A DNA stretch of 64,000 bases from Pristiophorus japonicus (GCF_044704955.1 NC_091999.1:9672001-9736000); one strand, 5' to 3'; positions 1-10,585 are shown, numbered from the stretch's first letter. The notes: generated from the sequence alone by a model not told the origin. A program made the numbers and translations.

Positions 1-22
1 TAACCAACTGAGCTAACCGGCC
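1..22 (-). tRNA. 5' end of tRNA-Ile(AAT)-like gene, truncated by window edge
   Basis: Reverse complement is GGCCGGTTAGCTCAGTTGGTTA, matching the 5' acceptor stem/D arm of vertebrate tRNA-Ile-AAT. The rest lies outside the window, so intactness is unknown. Confidence 0.6.
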
Positions 23-1097
23 ATGTCAACGTCTGCGAGTTACATTTTCCAACATGTGTATTAGTCTTATTCTTAGTCCTCTTGAACCATAAAGTAGTGG
101 TTTGCAATAGCATGCCATTGGTCCAATATGGACATTTGGTGAGAGACTATCCCATTTTGAATTAATTGAGCCATTTAGAACTATTGTGTTTGAATTTGAC
201 CCGGATTTCAGTTCCTACAATGTTTCTCCCCTAAAAGACAATGATTGATCAGTGTAAACTTTTATATCTCTTTTTCCAGTTCTGTTGTAGGGAAGAATAA
301 GTTATCGAGGGACTCAGTTATTGTGCATTAAGGGAGAAAGTTGTAATCATAGAATCATAGAAATTTACAGCACGGAAGGAGGACATTGAGGCCCATCGTG
401 TCCGTGCCGGCCGACAAAGGGCTATTCAACCGAATCCCAATTTGCAGCTCTTGGCCCGCAGCCCTGTCGGTTACGACATTTCAAGTGCACACCCAAGTAT
501 TTTTAAATGTGGTGAGGGTTTCTGGCTCCACCACCCTTTCAGGCAGTGAGTTCCGCCCCAGACCCCCACCACCCTCTGGGTGGAAAAGGTTCCCCTCAAA
601 TCCCCTCTAAACCTCTCTTGTACTTCATTTAATACCTGTGGTAAATCGATCTCAATTTACCGGCGCAAAGTGCAGCTTATGCTTTTTTAAAAGTGTTTCA
701 TCCTGTCCCTGTTTTTATCATCTGTCAGTCAAGTATCGTTTAATACTTGAATAATACATCATCTCATTCCCTATGCAATCTTTGATATGGGAGACTTAGT
801 TACGATTTCGTTACTCACAACACACACGTAAATCTTATTCCACCACTTCCATAATTGTTAATTGTGCTATTCCCATCCTTGCTATTAGATCGGCGTGTTT
901 TTTAAGCAATTTAACGAATAACATTGACTTAATCTGGGTTAAGAACGCGACACACCACCACCTTTTCAAGGGCAACTAGGGACGGCCCATACATGCTGGC
1001 CCTGGCTAGCGACACCCATATCTCCAGAATTAATTTAAAAATAAAGCATTTGTGTTGAGAGCGCAAAATGCTAAATATATTGCAAATGTCAACTTAC

Positions 1098-1160
1098 TCG
1101 GCTGGACAGTCAGTCTGGTTCCACTTCCGAACGTGAGCTTCCCTAGTGTTCCAGCATTCA
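1098..1160 (-). CDS. TRAJ: TCR alpha J segment (NAGTLGKLTFGSGTRLTVQP)
   Basis: FGxG motif, GTAAG donor, RSS heptamer CACAGTG 1161-1167 + 12 nt + ACTAAATCT 1180-1188 (RSS read on + strand). Confidence 0.92.
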
Positions 1161-1543
1161 CACAGTGCTAAACCGCTCGACTAAATCTATCCCGCAGCAG
1201 GTATAAAGGCATTTGCATTAGGAGTCAACCGAGTGCTCCCTTAGCGACAATACCCAGCATTTATTGGCCATCATTAATTGCCTTTGAAAAGGTGGCGGTG
1301 AGCCTCCTTCTTTAACCGCTGCAGTCCGTGTGTTGGAGGAACTACTACACTACGTAGGGAGGGAGTTCCAGGATTCTGATCCAGTGACCTGGAAGACACG
1401 GCCGATATATTTGCAAGTCACAACGGTGTGTGACTTGGAGGGGAATTAGAGGTGTGAGTGTTTCCATGCATACGACTGAATTGGCGACACACGGAATTCT
1501 ATTGAGTGGACACTGACACCACACCATCATATACACTACTTAC

Positions 1544-1609
1544 TTGGTACCACCGCCAGAGATGTCCCTGGGCCAAAGGTAAGCTTCTGCCCTCCACCTC
1601 CATACTCCG
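1544..1609 (-). CDS. TRAJ: TCR alpha J segment (EYGGGGQKLTFGPGTSLAVVP)
   Basis: FGPG motif, GTAAGT donor, heptamer CACATCG 1610-1616 + 12 nt + ACAATAACC 1629-1637. Confidence 0.9.
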
Positions 1610-2084
1610 CACATCGATAAACACACAGACAATAACCTCAACTGTACCTCGCCATCGTCTACCATTGCTCAACTTGATTTGCAACAAATCCTTACATTCT
1701 GGCAGTGACACTCGCATTCCTCACATCTCCAGTTACATGGCTATCGATTGTATCAGTAATTATAATGATATGGCCAGCGACATACGATTAATAATTCTAT
1801 CAATGATACTAACCACTCAACGGATCTATCTACAACACTCATCATAATTGGGATATTTTGCACCAATCTTTCTCGTGTGATGTAAATGTATTTATATAAC
1901 ATTCACCTGTTTAAATTCTAAATGTTGCCATTTAGTCTAAAACCGATGAGGGAAGGTCGGCGCACATTTATTACCGTTTTGAATATTATCATTCCTCTCT
2001 CCATAACTATAACAATAGTTGGAAACTTTCCGGGTAACGGTTGACGTTTGAATAATTCCAATTGTATGATTTTCCGATACTTAC

Positions 2085-2150
2085 TGGGTTCTACAAATAA
2101 TTTCGTTCCTCTTCCAAATATTAACTTGCCGCCTGCTCCTCCATAATTCA
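2085..2150 (-). CDS. TRAJ: TCR alpha J segment (NYGGAGGKLIFGRGTKLFVEP)
   Basis: FGRG motif, GTAAGT donor, CACAGTG 2151-2157 + 12 nt + ACAAAAACT 2170-2178. Confidence 0.93.
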
Positions 2151-2325
2151 CACAGTGTTAAAGGTACTCACAAAAACTGCCAATCCATGCGCAGGAAATG
2201 TAATGTAGATTATCACAACACAGAAGCAGGCCACGCGACACATTATCCCTGTGTAAGCTATTTGGAAAGAGCTGTTTAATTAACCCTACTCGGGGCGGAC
2301 CAGCAAACCTATTGTTTAATTGTTT

Positions 2326-2388
2326 TGGTTTGCACCAGGATCGACCCCACGACCTGGACCACGCTCTAACCCATTGAGCTATCCAAAC
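2326..2388 (-). pseudogene. tRNA-Ile-like pseudogene (anticodon arm deleted)
   Basis: Minus strand reads ...TAGCTCAATGGGTTAGAGCGTGGT-CCAGGTCGTGGGGTCGATCC...CCA; paralogous to 1-22 and 4505-4578. Confidence 0.6.
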
Positions 2389-3458
2389 ATGTCGACACCT
2401 TGGAGCTACATTTTCTAATATGTGCATTTGTCTTTTTCTTATTCCTCTTCTACCATAAATCAGTCTTTTATAATAGGTGGCAACTGGTACAAAATATGTA
2501 TTTGGTGAGAGACTATCTCGTAAGGTGAGCCGCTTAGAACCATCTGTCCAGTATCATGTCTGAATTTGACCCGGATTTCAAATCCTTATTATACAATGCA
2601 TCTCCGCTAAAAGATAATGATTACTCAGTGCAGAATTTTATATCCCTTTTCCAGATCCGTTGTATGATGGAATGATTTGTCGCAGGAGTCAATCATTGTG
2701 CAATCGGGACAAAGGTTAGAATCAAAATATCATGGAAGTTTACGGCACAGAAAGAGGCCATTGAGGCCCATCGTGTCCGCACCGGCCGACCAAGAGCCAT
2801 CCAGCCCACTCCCACTTTGGCGCTCTTGTTCCTTAGCTCTGTAGGCTACGGCACTTCAAGTGTATATCCATATATTTTTTAAATGTGGTGAGGTTTCTGC
2901 CTCTGCCACCCTTTCAGGCAGTGAGTTGCAGACACCCACCACCCTCTGGAATAAAAATCTTCCCCTAAAATCCCCTCTAAACCTCTCCTATACTTAATTT
3001 AATACTTGTGGTAAATCGATCTCAATTTACCGGCGCAAAATGAGGTTCATGCATTTGTAAAAGTGCTCCATGCTGCCCCTTGTCAGTCAAGTATCGTTTA
3101 ATGTTTGAATAATACATGATGTCATTCCCTATACAATCTTTGCTATGGGAGACATAGTTACGATTTCGTTACACACAACACAAAAATAAATCTTGTTTCA
3201 GCACTTCCATAATTGTTAATTGTGATATTGCTATCCTTGCTATTAGATCGACGTGTTTTCTTTAGATCAATTTAACGAACAACATTGACTTAATCTGCAT
3301 TCAGACGGTGACTCACCATCACCTTTTCAAGGACAACTAGAGATGGGCAATACATGCTGGCCCTGGCTAGCGACATCCATATCCCCAGAATTAATTTAAA
3401 AATAAAGCATTTATGTCGAAGGAGCGAAATGCTAAATATATTTCCAATACCAACTTAC

Positions 3459-3521
3459 TCGGCTGGACAGTTAGTCTAGTTCCACTTCCGAACGTGAGTT
3501 TCCCTCTTGTTCCAGTATTCA
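3459..3521 (-). CDS. TRAJ: TCR alpha J segment (NTGTRGKLTFGSGTRLTVQP)
   Basis: FGSG motif, GTAAG donor, CACAGTG 3522-3528 + 12 nt + ACAAAATCT 3541-3549; paralog of 1098-1160. Confidence 0.92.
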
Positions 3522-4280
3522 CACAGTGCTAAAACGCTCGACAAAATCTATCCCACGGCAGGTATACTTTTATTTTGCTTTAACCGTCACTCGAGTGCTC
3601 CCTTAGCGACAATACCCAGCATTTATTGCCCATCATGTATTGCCCTTGAAAAGATGGCGGTGAGTCTTCTTTAACCACTGCAGTCCATGTGTTGGAGGAA
3701 CTGCCACACGACTGTTCGGGAGGGAGGACGAGGATTCTGACCCAGCGACCAGGAAAGAACAGCGATATATTTCCAAGTCAGGATGGTGTGTCACTTGGAG
3801 GGGAATTTAGAGGTGCAAGTGTTCCCATGCGCACGACTGAACAGAATTATATTGAGTGGACACTGACACCACACCATGATAAGAACATAAACATAGGAAC
3901 ATGAGCAATAGGAACAGGAGTCGGCCATTTGTCCTCTTGAGCCTGCTCCGCCACTGATCTGATTATGGACTCAGCTCCATTTCGCCGCCCGCTCCCCATA
4001 ACCCTTCACTCCCTTATCGCTCAAAAATCTGTCTTCTCTGCCTTAAATATATTCAATGTCCCAGCTTCCACAGCTCTCTGAAGCAGAGAATTCCACAGAT
4101 TTACAACCCTCTGAGAGAAGAAATTTTTCTCCTCTCACCCCATGCCACCACTTCTAGATTCACCCACGTGTGGAAATAATATTATTATTAATTTCTCCAT
4201 AACTATAACAATAGGTGGAAACTTTAGGAGTAACATTTAAAGTTTGAATAATTCCAATCGTATGGTTTTCTGATACTTAC

Positions 4281-4336
4281 TCGGTTCTACTAATAATTTC
4301 GTTCCTTTTCCAAATATTAATTTGCTGCCGACTTCA
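4281..4336 (-). CDS. TRAJ: TCR alpha J segment (EVGSKLIFGKGTKLLVEP)
   Basis: FGKG motif, GTAAGT donor, CACAGCG 4337-4343 + 12 nt + ACAAAAATC 4356-4364; shortened paralog of 2085-2150. Confidence 0.9.
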
Positions 4337-4504
4337 CACAGCGTTAAATGTACTCACAAAAATCCCAATCAGTGCCCAGGAAATGCAATGTAGATTCATA
4401 CAGCACAGTGAGAGGCCACGCAGCACACTGCGGCTGTATTTTGAAAGAGCTACTCAATTAGCCCCACTCAGGGAGGCCCAGCAAATCTTTTTCATTAAAC
4501 TTTC

Positions 4505-4578
4505 TGGCCTGAACGGGGATTGAAGCCACGACCTGGGCATTTGCAATACCACAGTCTAAACAACTGAGCTAACCGGTC
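4505..4578 (-). pseudogene. tRNA-Ile-derived pseudogene, 74 nt
   Basis: Minus strand GACCGGTTAGCTCAGTTGTTTAGACTGTGGTATTGCAAATGCCCAGGTCGTGGCTTCAATCCCCGTTCAGGCCA is colinear with tRNA-Ile-AAT. The anticodon loop reads GCA and the stems and B box are mutated. Confidence 0.65.
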
Positions 4579-5412
4579 ATGTCAACACCTTTGAGTTACA
4601 TGTTCAAATATGTGCTTTTCTTATTCCTCTTGAGCTATAAAGCAATAATTTGTAATAGCATGCCACTGGTTCAATATCGGCATTTGGTGAGAGACTGTAC
4701 CATTTTGAATTAATTGAGTCATTTAGAACCATCTGTCAGGGAACGTGTCTGAATTTTAGATTCTTCATACACAATGCGTCTCCGCTAAAAGGTAATGATT
4801 AATCAGTGTGGAATTTGATATACTTTTTTCTAGTTCTGTTGTATGGAGGATTGATTTGCCGCATGGCTCAATGATTGTACAATAACAGCAGCAAGAATAA
4901 CTATAACTACAACCGATAAAGAAGGAGGTTAGAATTTTGCTTGTATTAATTCGATCTCAATTCAACGGCGCCAAATGCACTTCGTGGTTTTATAAAAGTG
5001 ATTCATTCTGTCCCTGTTTATTACAGTTTATCAGTCAAGTATCGCTTAATATTTGAGAAATATATGATTTGATTCTCGATGTGACCTCTAACATTGGAGA
5101 CTCCGTTATGATTTCGTTACACATAACAGCCAAGGAAATTCTGTTTCATTATTGCTATAATTGTTAATTGTGTTATTATATTATTATTATTATTCTTGCT
5201 GCTGGATTTAGGTGTTTTAAGCTGTATAACCACTAACAGTAACTTAATCTGGGTGAAGAAGGCTGCTCATCACCACATTTTCAGAGATAACTAGGAATGG
5301 CCAACACATGCTGACCCTGGCTAGCGACGCCAAAATCCCCAGAAATAATTTAAAAATAAAACATTTATGTCGAGGGAGCGAAATGCTAAATATATTGCAA
5401 ATGCCAACTTAC

Positions 5413-5475
5413 TCGGCTGAACAGTCAGTCTCGTTCCACCTCCGAACATGAGTTTGCCTACCGATGCAGTATTCA
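5413..5475 (-). CDS. TRAJ: TCR alpha J segment (NTASVGKLMFGGGTRLTVQP)
   Basis: FGGG motif, GTAAG donor, CACAGTG 5476-5482 + 12 nt + ACAAAATCT 5495-5503. Confidence 0.92.
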
Positions 5476-5705
5476 CACAGTGCTAAACCGCGCCACAAAA
5501 TCTATCTGGCATGCAGTATAAGGGCATTTATATTAACAGTCACCCAAGCGCTCGTTTAGTGATGCCCTCTTGTATTTTTTTTAAGGACCTATTGCTTGCT
5601 CTCATCTTCCAATCAGTCTAGTATGTCAGCGTAGAATCCACATTTCATGGAACACAACAGAATGTGCTAAAGCAGTTCTCAACACGTTATTGGCGCGTTA
5701 CTTAC

Positions 5706-5765
5706 TGGGTTTTACTGATACCCTCGTCCCGCTTCCAAATGTTAGTGCACTATCTGCGTAATTCA
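5706..5765 (-). CDS. TRAJ: TCR alpha J segment (NYADSALTFGSGTRVSVKP)
   Basis: FGSG motif, GTAAG donor, CACAGTG 5766-5772 + 12 nt + ACAAAAACT 5785-5793. Confidence 0.92.
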
Positions 5766-6149
5766 CACAGTGCCAAATTCCATGACAAAAACTATATTGG
5801 TGGAAACCCCCCAAAGAGCTTGTTTTATTTAGGAGCGCAGGAACATAGGATCATAGCAACATGATTAGGCTATTCAGTCCCTTGAGCCTGTTGCACCATC
5901 CTATTGGTGATGGCTGATCTGTAGCTCAACTCAATCTATCTGCCCCCACTCCATGTCCCTTGATACCCTTGCCTTAAAGGAATACAGTTTTTCCTTATTC
6001 ATTTCTGGGATGTGGGCGTTTCTGGCAAGGCCAGCTTTATTTGCCCACCCCTAATTGCCCTTTGAGAAGGTGGTGGTGAGCCGCCTTCTTGAACCGCTGC
6101 AGTCCGTGTGGTGAAGGTGCTCCCAAAGCACTGTTAGCGAGGGAGTTCC

Positions 6150-6900
6150 AGAGCTCGGGGCCTAGGCAAGAGAAGGCTCAGCCGGCAATGCTTGAGCGAT
6201 TGTAATCAGGGAAGCTCAAGAGGGCAGCATTAGAGGAGCGCAGACATCTCGGGGGTTTGTGGAGCTGGAGGAGATTACAGAGATAGGGAGGGGCGAGGGC
6301 CATAGACGGATTTGAAAACAAAGATGAGAATTTTGAAATCGAAGCGTTGCATAACCGGGAGCCAATGTAGGTCAGTGAGCTCAGGGGGTGATGGGTGAGC
6401 GGGACTTGGTGTAAGTTAGGACACGGGGCAGTGAGCACTGGGGGTGATGGGTGAGTGGGACTGGGTGTGAGTTAGAACACGGGGCAGTGAGCACAGGGGG
6501 TGATGGGTGAGTGGGACTGGGTGTGAGTTAGGACACGGGGTCAGCGAGCACAGGGGGTGATGGGTGAGCGGGACTTGGTGTGAGTTAGGACACGGGGACA
6601 GTGAGCACAGGGGGTGATGGGTGAGCGGGACTTGGTGTGAGTTAGGACACGGGGCAGTGAGCACTCGGGGGTGATGGGTGAGCGGGACTCGGTGTGAGTT
6701 AGGACACGGGTCAGCGAGCACAGGGGGTGATGGGTGAGCTGGACTTGGTGTGAGTTAGGACATGGGTCAGTGAGCACAGGGGGTGATGGGTGAGCGGAAC
6801 TTGGTGCGAGTTAGGACACGGGCAGCCCGGTTTATGGATCATGTCCAATTTAGGTTGGGTAGAATGTGGGAGGCCATCCAGGAGTGCGTTGGATTAGCGA
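6150..6900 (-). mobile_element. L2-type LINE 3' fragment containing an expanded minisatellite
   Basis: ORF 6178-6438 (APPYLCNLL...RCLRSS) is the typical L2 ORF2 C-terminus; same family as 46135-47035. Confidence 0.7.
6371..6825. repeat. ~58-bp G-rich minisatellite, ~8 copies
   Basis: Unit approximately CAGTGAGCACAGGGGGTGATGGGTGAGCGGGACTTGGTGTGAGTTAGGACACGGGG repeated in tandem. Confidence 0.95.
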
Positions 6901-7109
6901 GAATTTAAGCTGAGAAGGAAGACTCGTTGAAAGAATTAGGCTGTGTTTCCGAAACGTTTATGGTCGCTTTTAGCGCGTTACCTGTGCCCAATTGCATTAA
7001 TTCATTTTTCTTAATTCTTACCTGTAACTTTTCAGCATTGCAAATATTTCCTTTAAAGCAAAATGTTAACTGTGGGTAGATGTTTGCAATATGATAAGGA
7101 TGTACTTAC

Positions 7110-7172
7110 TGGGCAATACCGAGAGTTTCGTTCCCTTGCCGAAGATCAGCTTGTAGCCTCCGCTTTGAGTCA
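7110..7172 (-). CDS. TRAJ: TCR alpha J segment (TQSGGYKLIFGKGTKLSVLP)
   Basis: FGKG motif, GTAAGT donor, perfect consensus RSS CACAGTG 7173-7179 + 12 nt + ACAAAAACC 7192-7200. Confidence 0.95.
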
Positions 7173-7854
7173 CACAGTGTCACAGTACAGGACAAAAACC
7201 GCCCCACGAAATGACTGCACGCAGGCACAATCTGCCTCTCTCCACCATCTACATTTCTCCTTACATTAATCTGTCACCATATTTTGTTTTCAACAGGAGC
7301 TCGATTCCATCAAGTCAGTCAAGGCGCTCTCTTACTCGTTAAGATAACGGATGTTTGATTGCAAAATATTCAAAAATCACTCACGACCTGCACATTTCCA
7401 AAATGTAATTTGGTAAAATCTGTTTTTTAAAATTCGAGACAACACAGAGAATCTACATTATAATTGAGCTCAGTCAATGCTGTACCTTTGGTTTGGTCAC
7501 TTTGAAGGAATGAGAAGTAATATTAATAAGAATGCTATTTGAAATAAGCATACTATTCAGTTACATTTATTCATTAAATGTCTGTTATGTTTGAATTAAT
7601 ATAACATTGAATGCATGAGTTGACATCGAGTCTATCGTTCCCCTATTTGCTTGACAAATGTAGGTGGAAATTGTTCTCTCAACAATGGAATTGGGATGAA
7701 AGATTTAACTTAGCGTCTCCTTAAATAAAACAATTATAATACTCACTAGCCATACATACATTTTCATCCTACATAAAATAGGTGAAACACCTGAACTATA
7801 ACCGGACGCAGAGTTGATCTCCATACACTGTACCTGACATTTGTTATTTTATAA

Positions 7855-8286
7855 TATGTAGCAATAACATTGCTGTTCATCATTTTGCTGTGTTTCTTTA
7901 AATTGCTCATTATCGTATTTAATCACACACACACACACACACACACAGGAACAGAAACATTCTTGATATTATGAAAAATTAGCCCGAGAACTCTGTGTAC
8001 CGCCAAATCCGGTTCACCCGATCATCGCTGTGCTCGCTGACCGACACTGAACTGACCTTGACTTCAAATTGAACCGCACCTCGACCAGCAGCCAATGCGG
8101 GCCAGCAAGCACAACGGTGATCGGTGAAGGGGACTTGGCTGAGAGAGAGAGCGAGTTCTCGGAATAATGTTGATAATATCAAGAATGTATCTGTTCCTAT
8201 GTGTGCGCGTGTCTGTGATTAAATATGATAACGTGCGATTTAAAGAAAAGCAAAAAGCTGATGAATTGAAACGTTATTGATACATA
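7855..8286. mobile_element. Fold-back / MITE-like element with ~115-bp imperfect terminal inverted repeats
   Basis: 7855-7972 is the reverse complement of 8173-8286 (e.g. GGAACAGAAACATTCTTGATATTAT vs ATAATATCAAGAATGTATCTGTTCC); both outer ends are TA. Confidence 0.6.
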
Positions 8287-8522
8287 TAGGAATTCGAATG
8301 TATTGTCGAACCGGGAGCCAATGTAGGTCAGCGAGCACAGGGGTAATGGGGGAACGGGACCTAATGCGGGTTAGCGTAGGAGCAACAGAGTTTTGGATGC
8401 ACTTAAGTTTACGCAGGATGATTAGGTCATCTCACTAAAACGTTTTGAATTCGCCCTTGTAATGTCGCATACGGATAATCTGGCAGTTACCTTCGCCGAG
8501 AGAACACTTAAAATCTACTTAC

Positions 8523-8580
8523 TGGGTTGGACTATCAGAGTTGTCCCACTCCCAAAGCTTGTCCTCCATCCCCCTGTCCC
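8523..8580 (-). pseudogene. TRAJ: TCR alpha J segment with defective RSS (GTGGWRTSFGSGTTLIVQP)
   Basis: Open FGSG frame and GTAAGT donor. Nonamer ACAAAAAGG at 8600-8608, but the heptamer position 8581-8587 reads TATATTA (no CAC). Confidence 0.8.
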
Positions 8581-9040
8581 TATATTAACACACGCCCTGA
8601 CAAAAAGGCCCTCCAGTTTCCTCAGCGACTTATAGAAGACGGTGGGATAAACCTTGCCGACTGCAGCTCCACTGTCGACATGTCCCTACACAAACGGGAG
8701 CCGCTTATACTGTTTCAGGCGGTGCAATTATAAATGGTGCGGTATTTTCTGACTCTAGCCAGGATCTTAGCCTGTATAGCCACCCGAGTGTTTCTCTGTC
8801 TCAAAAAAGTTCTTAGCTGTAACTTTTCGGCAGGTTTTAGTTTACTTCAGAGAACATATTGTAAGGTTTTTGAGTCAGCTCGAGAGAAAGAAGAGGCGCG
8901 CCCGGATTGGGGATTTAAACTACCTTAGAACAACAATTCACTTGATACATGGCGGCTCTACCTGGACTCCGTGTGTCTTCCAATGCAGCGATATTTTATA
9001 ATAGAACCAGTGGCGGCAAAACAACATCTTAGACACTTAC

Positions 9041-9106
9041 TTGTCTCCACCATCAGCTTGGTTCCTTTTCCAAATGTCAGCTTACCATCAGCTGCTCCAG
9101 ATGGCA
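9041..9106 (-). CDS. TRAJ: TCR alpha J segment (PSGAADGKLTFGKGTKLMVET)
   Basis: FGKG motif, GTAAGT donor, CACGGTG 9107-9113 + 12 nt + GCATAAACC 9126-9134. Confidence 0.9.
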
Positions 9107-9162
9107 CACGGTGCTGCAAAGCTAAGCATAAACCTGGGGCACCAGACCAGATGGGCAACTTG

Positions 9163-9566
9163 AATAACAGATCACTGAGCATTCTGCAATAACAGATCAC
9201 TGAGCATTCTGTAATAACAGATCACTGAGCATTCTGTAATAACAGATCACTGAGCATTCTGTAATAACAGATCACTGAGCATTCTGCAATAACAGATCAC
9301 TGAGCATTCTGTAATAACAGATCACTGAGCATTCTGCAATAACAGATCACTGAACATTCTGTAATAACAAATCACTGAGCATTCTGCAATAACAGATCAC
9401 TGAGCATTCTGTCTGAGCATTCTGTAATAACAGATCACTGAGCATTCTGTAATAACAGGTCACTGAGCATTCTGTCTGAGCATTCTGTAATAACAGATCA
9501 CTGAGCATTCTGTAATAACAGATCACTGAGCATTCTGTAATAACAGATCACTGAGCATTTTGTAAT
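9163..9566. repeat. 25-bp minisatellite, ~15-16 copies
   Basis: Unit AATAACAGATCACTGAGCATTCTG(T/C) in tandem, with two partial units. Confidence 0.95.
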
Positions 9567-9845
9567 TATAGGTCTGCGAGTTTCTTTCTTTCCGAACTCA
9601 CTCTTTAAACGCTTCATAATTTTGTAAACTTCTTTAAAATGCGACCGCCCTCTCCAATTTACTTGAAATAGACACAATAGGTTTTCCGACGGAACACATC
9701 CTAGATGATATCTGCCTTTCTTCCCCCCTTGTCTCCCACCAGTTATGTTGATGTTTGGATTCCAGTTACTTGATACGATGATATTGGGATCAATACCCGA
9801 GCAATTATTTACATAGAAGCAACACAATAATATTGCAATACTCAC

Positions 9846-9911
9846 TTGGTGTCACCAACAATTTGGTTCCTGTCCCAAACGTAAGCTGACTAGCTGCTGT
9901 TCCATAAGCGA
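9846..9911 (-). CDS. TRAJ: TCR alpha J segment (AYGTAASQLTFGTGTKLLVTP)
   Basis: FGTG motif, GTGAGT donor, CACAGTG 9912-9918 + 12 nt + ACAAAATCC 9931-9939. Confidence 0.92.
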
Positions 9912-10519
9912 CACAGTGTCACAGACCCTGACAAAATCCTACAGTCGCGCAATTGCATCTGTTGCCTTTGGTGCAATACGTTTAGAGTTTTAAACTGCAG
10001 TTATGTCATTATTTGTGCATCACGTTTACGCACAATTGATTATGGATAGGTACAGCAGCTAGCGTGTTTTGTAAGGCTTATTTACTCATGTCGCCGAATC
10101 ATAGAATCATAGAATGGTTACAGCATGGAAGGAGGCCATTTGGCCCGTCGATCACATCCCAGCTCTCTGCAAGAGCATCTCAGCTAGTCCCACTGCCCCG
10201 CTCTTACCCCATAGCCATGCAATTTTTTTTTCCTTTCAGGTACGGATCCATCTGCCTTTTGAAAGCTACAATTCAGTCTGCCTCCAACTCCCTTTCAGGC
10301 AGCTTTTAAGAGTGGATTCTGTATCCGTTTTAGGCACAGTAAAACGCAAGGCGATGGAGCGAGAGAAGTACCTGTCGATTAATGTTGCCTTGTAGGAGAA
10401 CTTTGCTGCTTTCATGGGCCGATAGTTAATGTCTTGATCATCAGGATAGTTTATTTTATTTTCATAACATGACTACATCGTTTAATATTTTGGGCAATAA
10501 AGATGACCAAAGTACTCAC

Positions 10520-10585
10520 TCGGTTCCACCACCAGTCTGGTTCCACTTCCAAACACTACTTTGCTGGATACTGCTCCATACTCCG
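10520..10585 (-). CDS. TRAJ: TCR alpha J segment, most C-delta-proximal one seen (EYGAVSSKVVFGSGTRLVVEP)
   Basis: FGSG motif, GTGAGT donor, CACAGTG 10586-10592 + 12 nt + TCAAAAACC 10605-10613. Confidence 0.92.

Noticed and set aside
790-880. Possible J relic (NYGSG.. on minus strand; paralogs at ~3150-3230 and ~5095-5175)
   Set aside because: No FGxG, no CAC heptamer, stops present; too degenerate to call.
6416-6777. Repetitive Cys/His/Pro-rich ORFs
   Set aside because: Translations of the 58-bp minisatellite; no splice or homology support.
7330-7830. Donor-like CTTAC/ACTCAC sites at ~7331 and ~7741
   Set aside because: No FGxG frame or RSS at J-like distance.
9163-9566. CRISPR-like appearance of the regular 25-bp repeat
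   Set aside because: Units are contiguous with no unique spacers, there are no cas genes, and the DNA is vertebrate.
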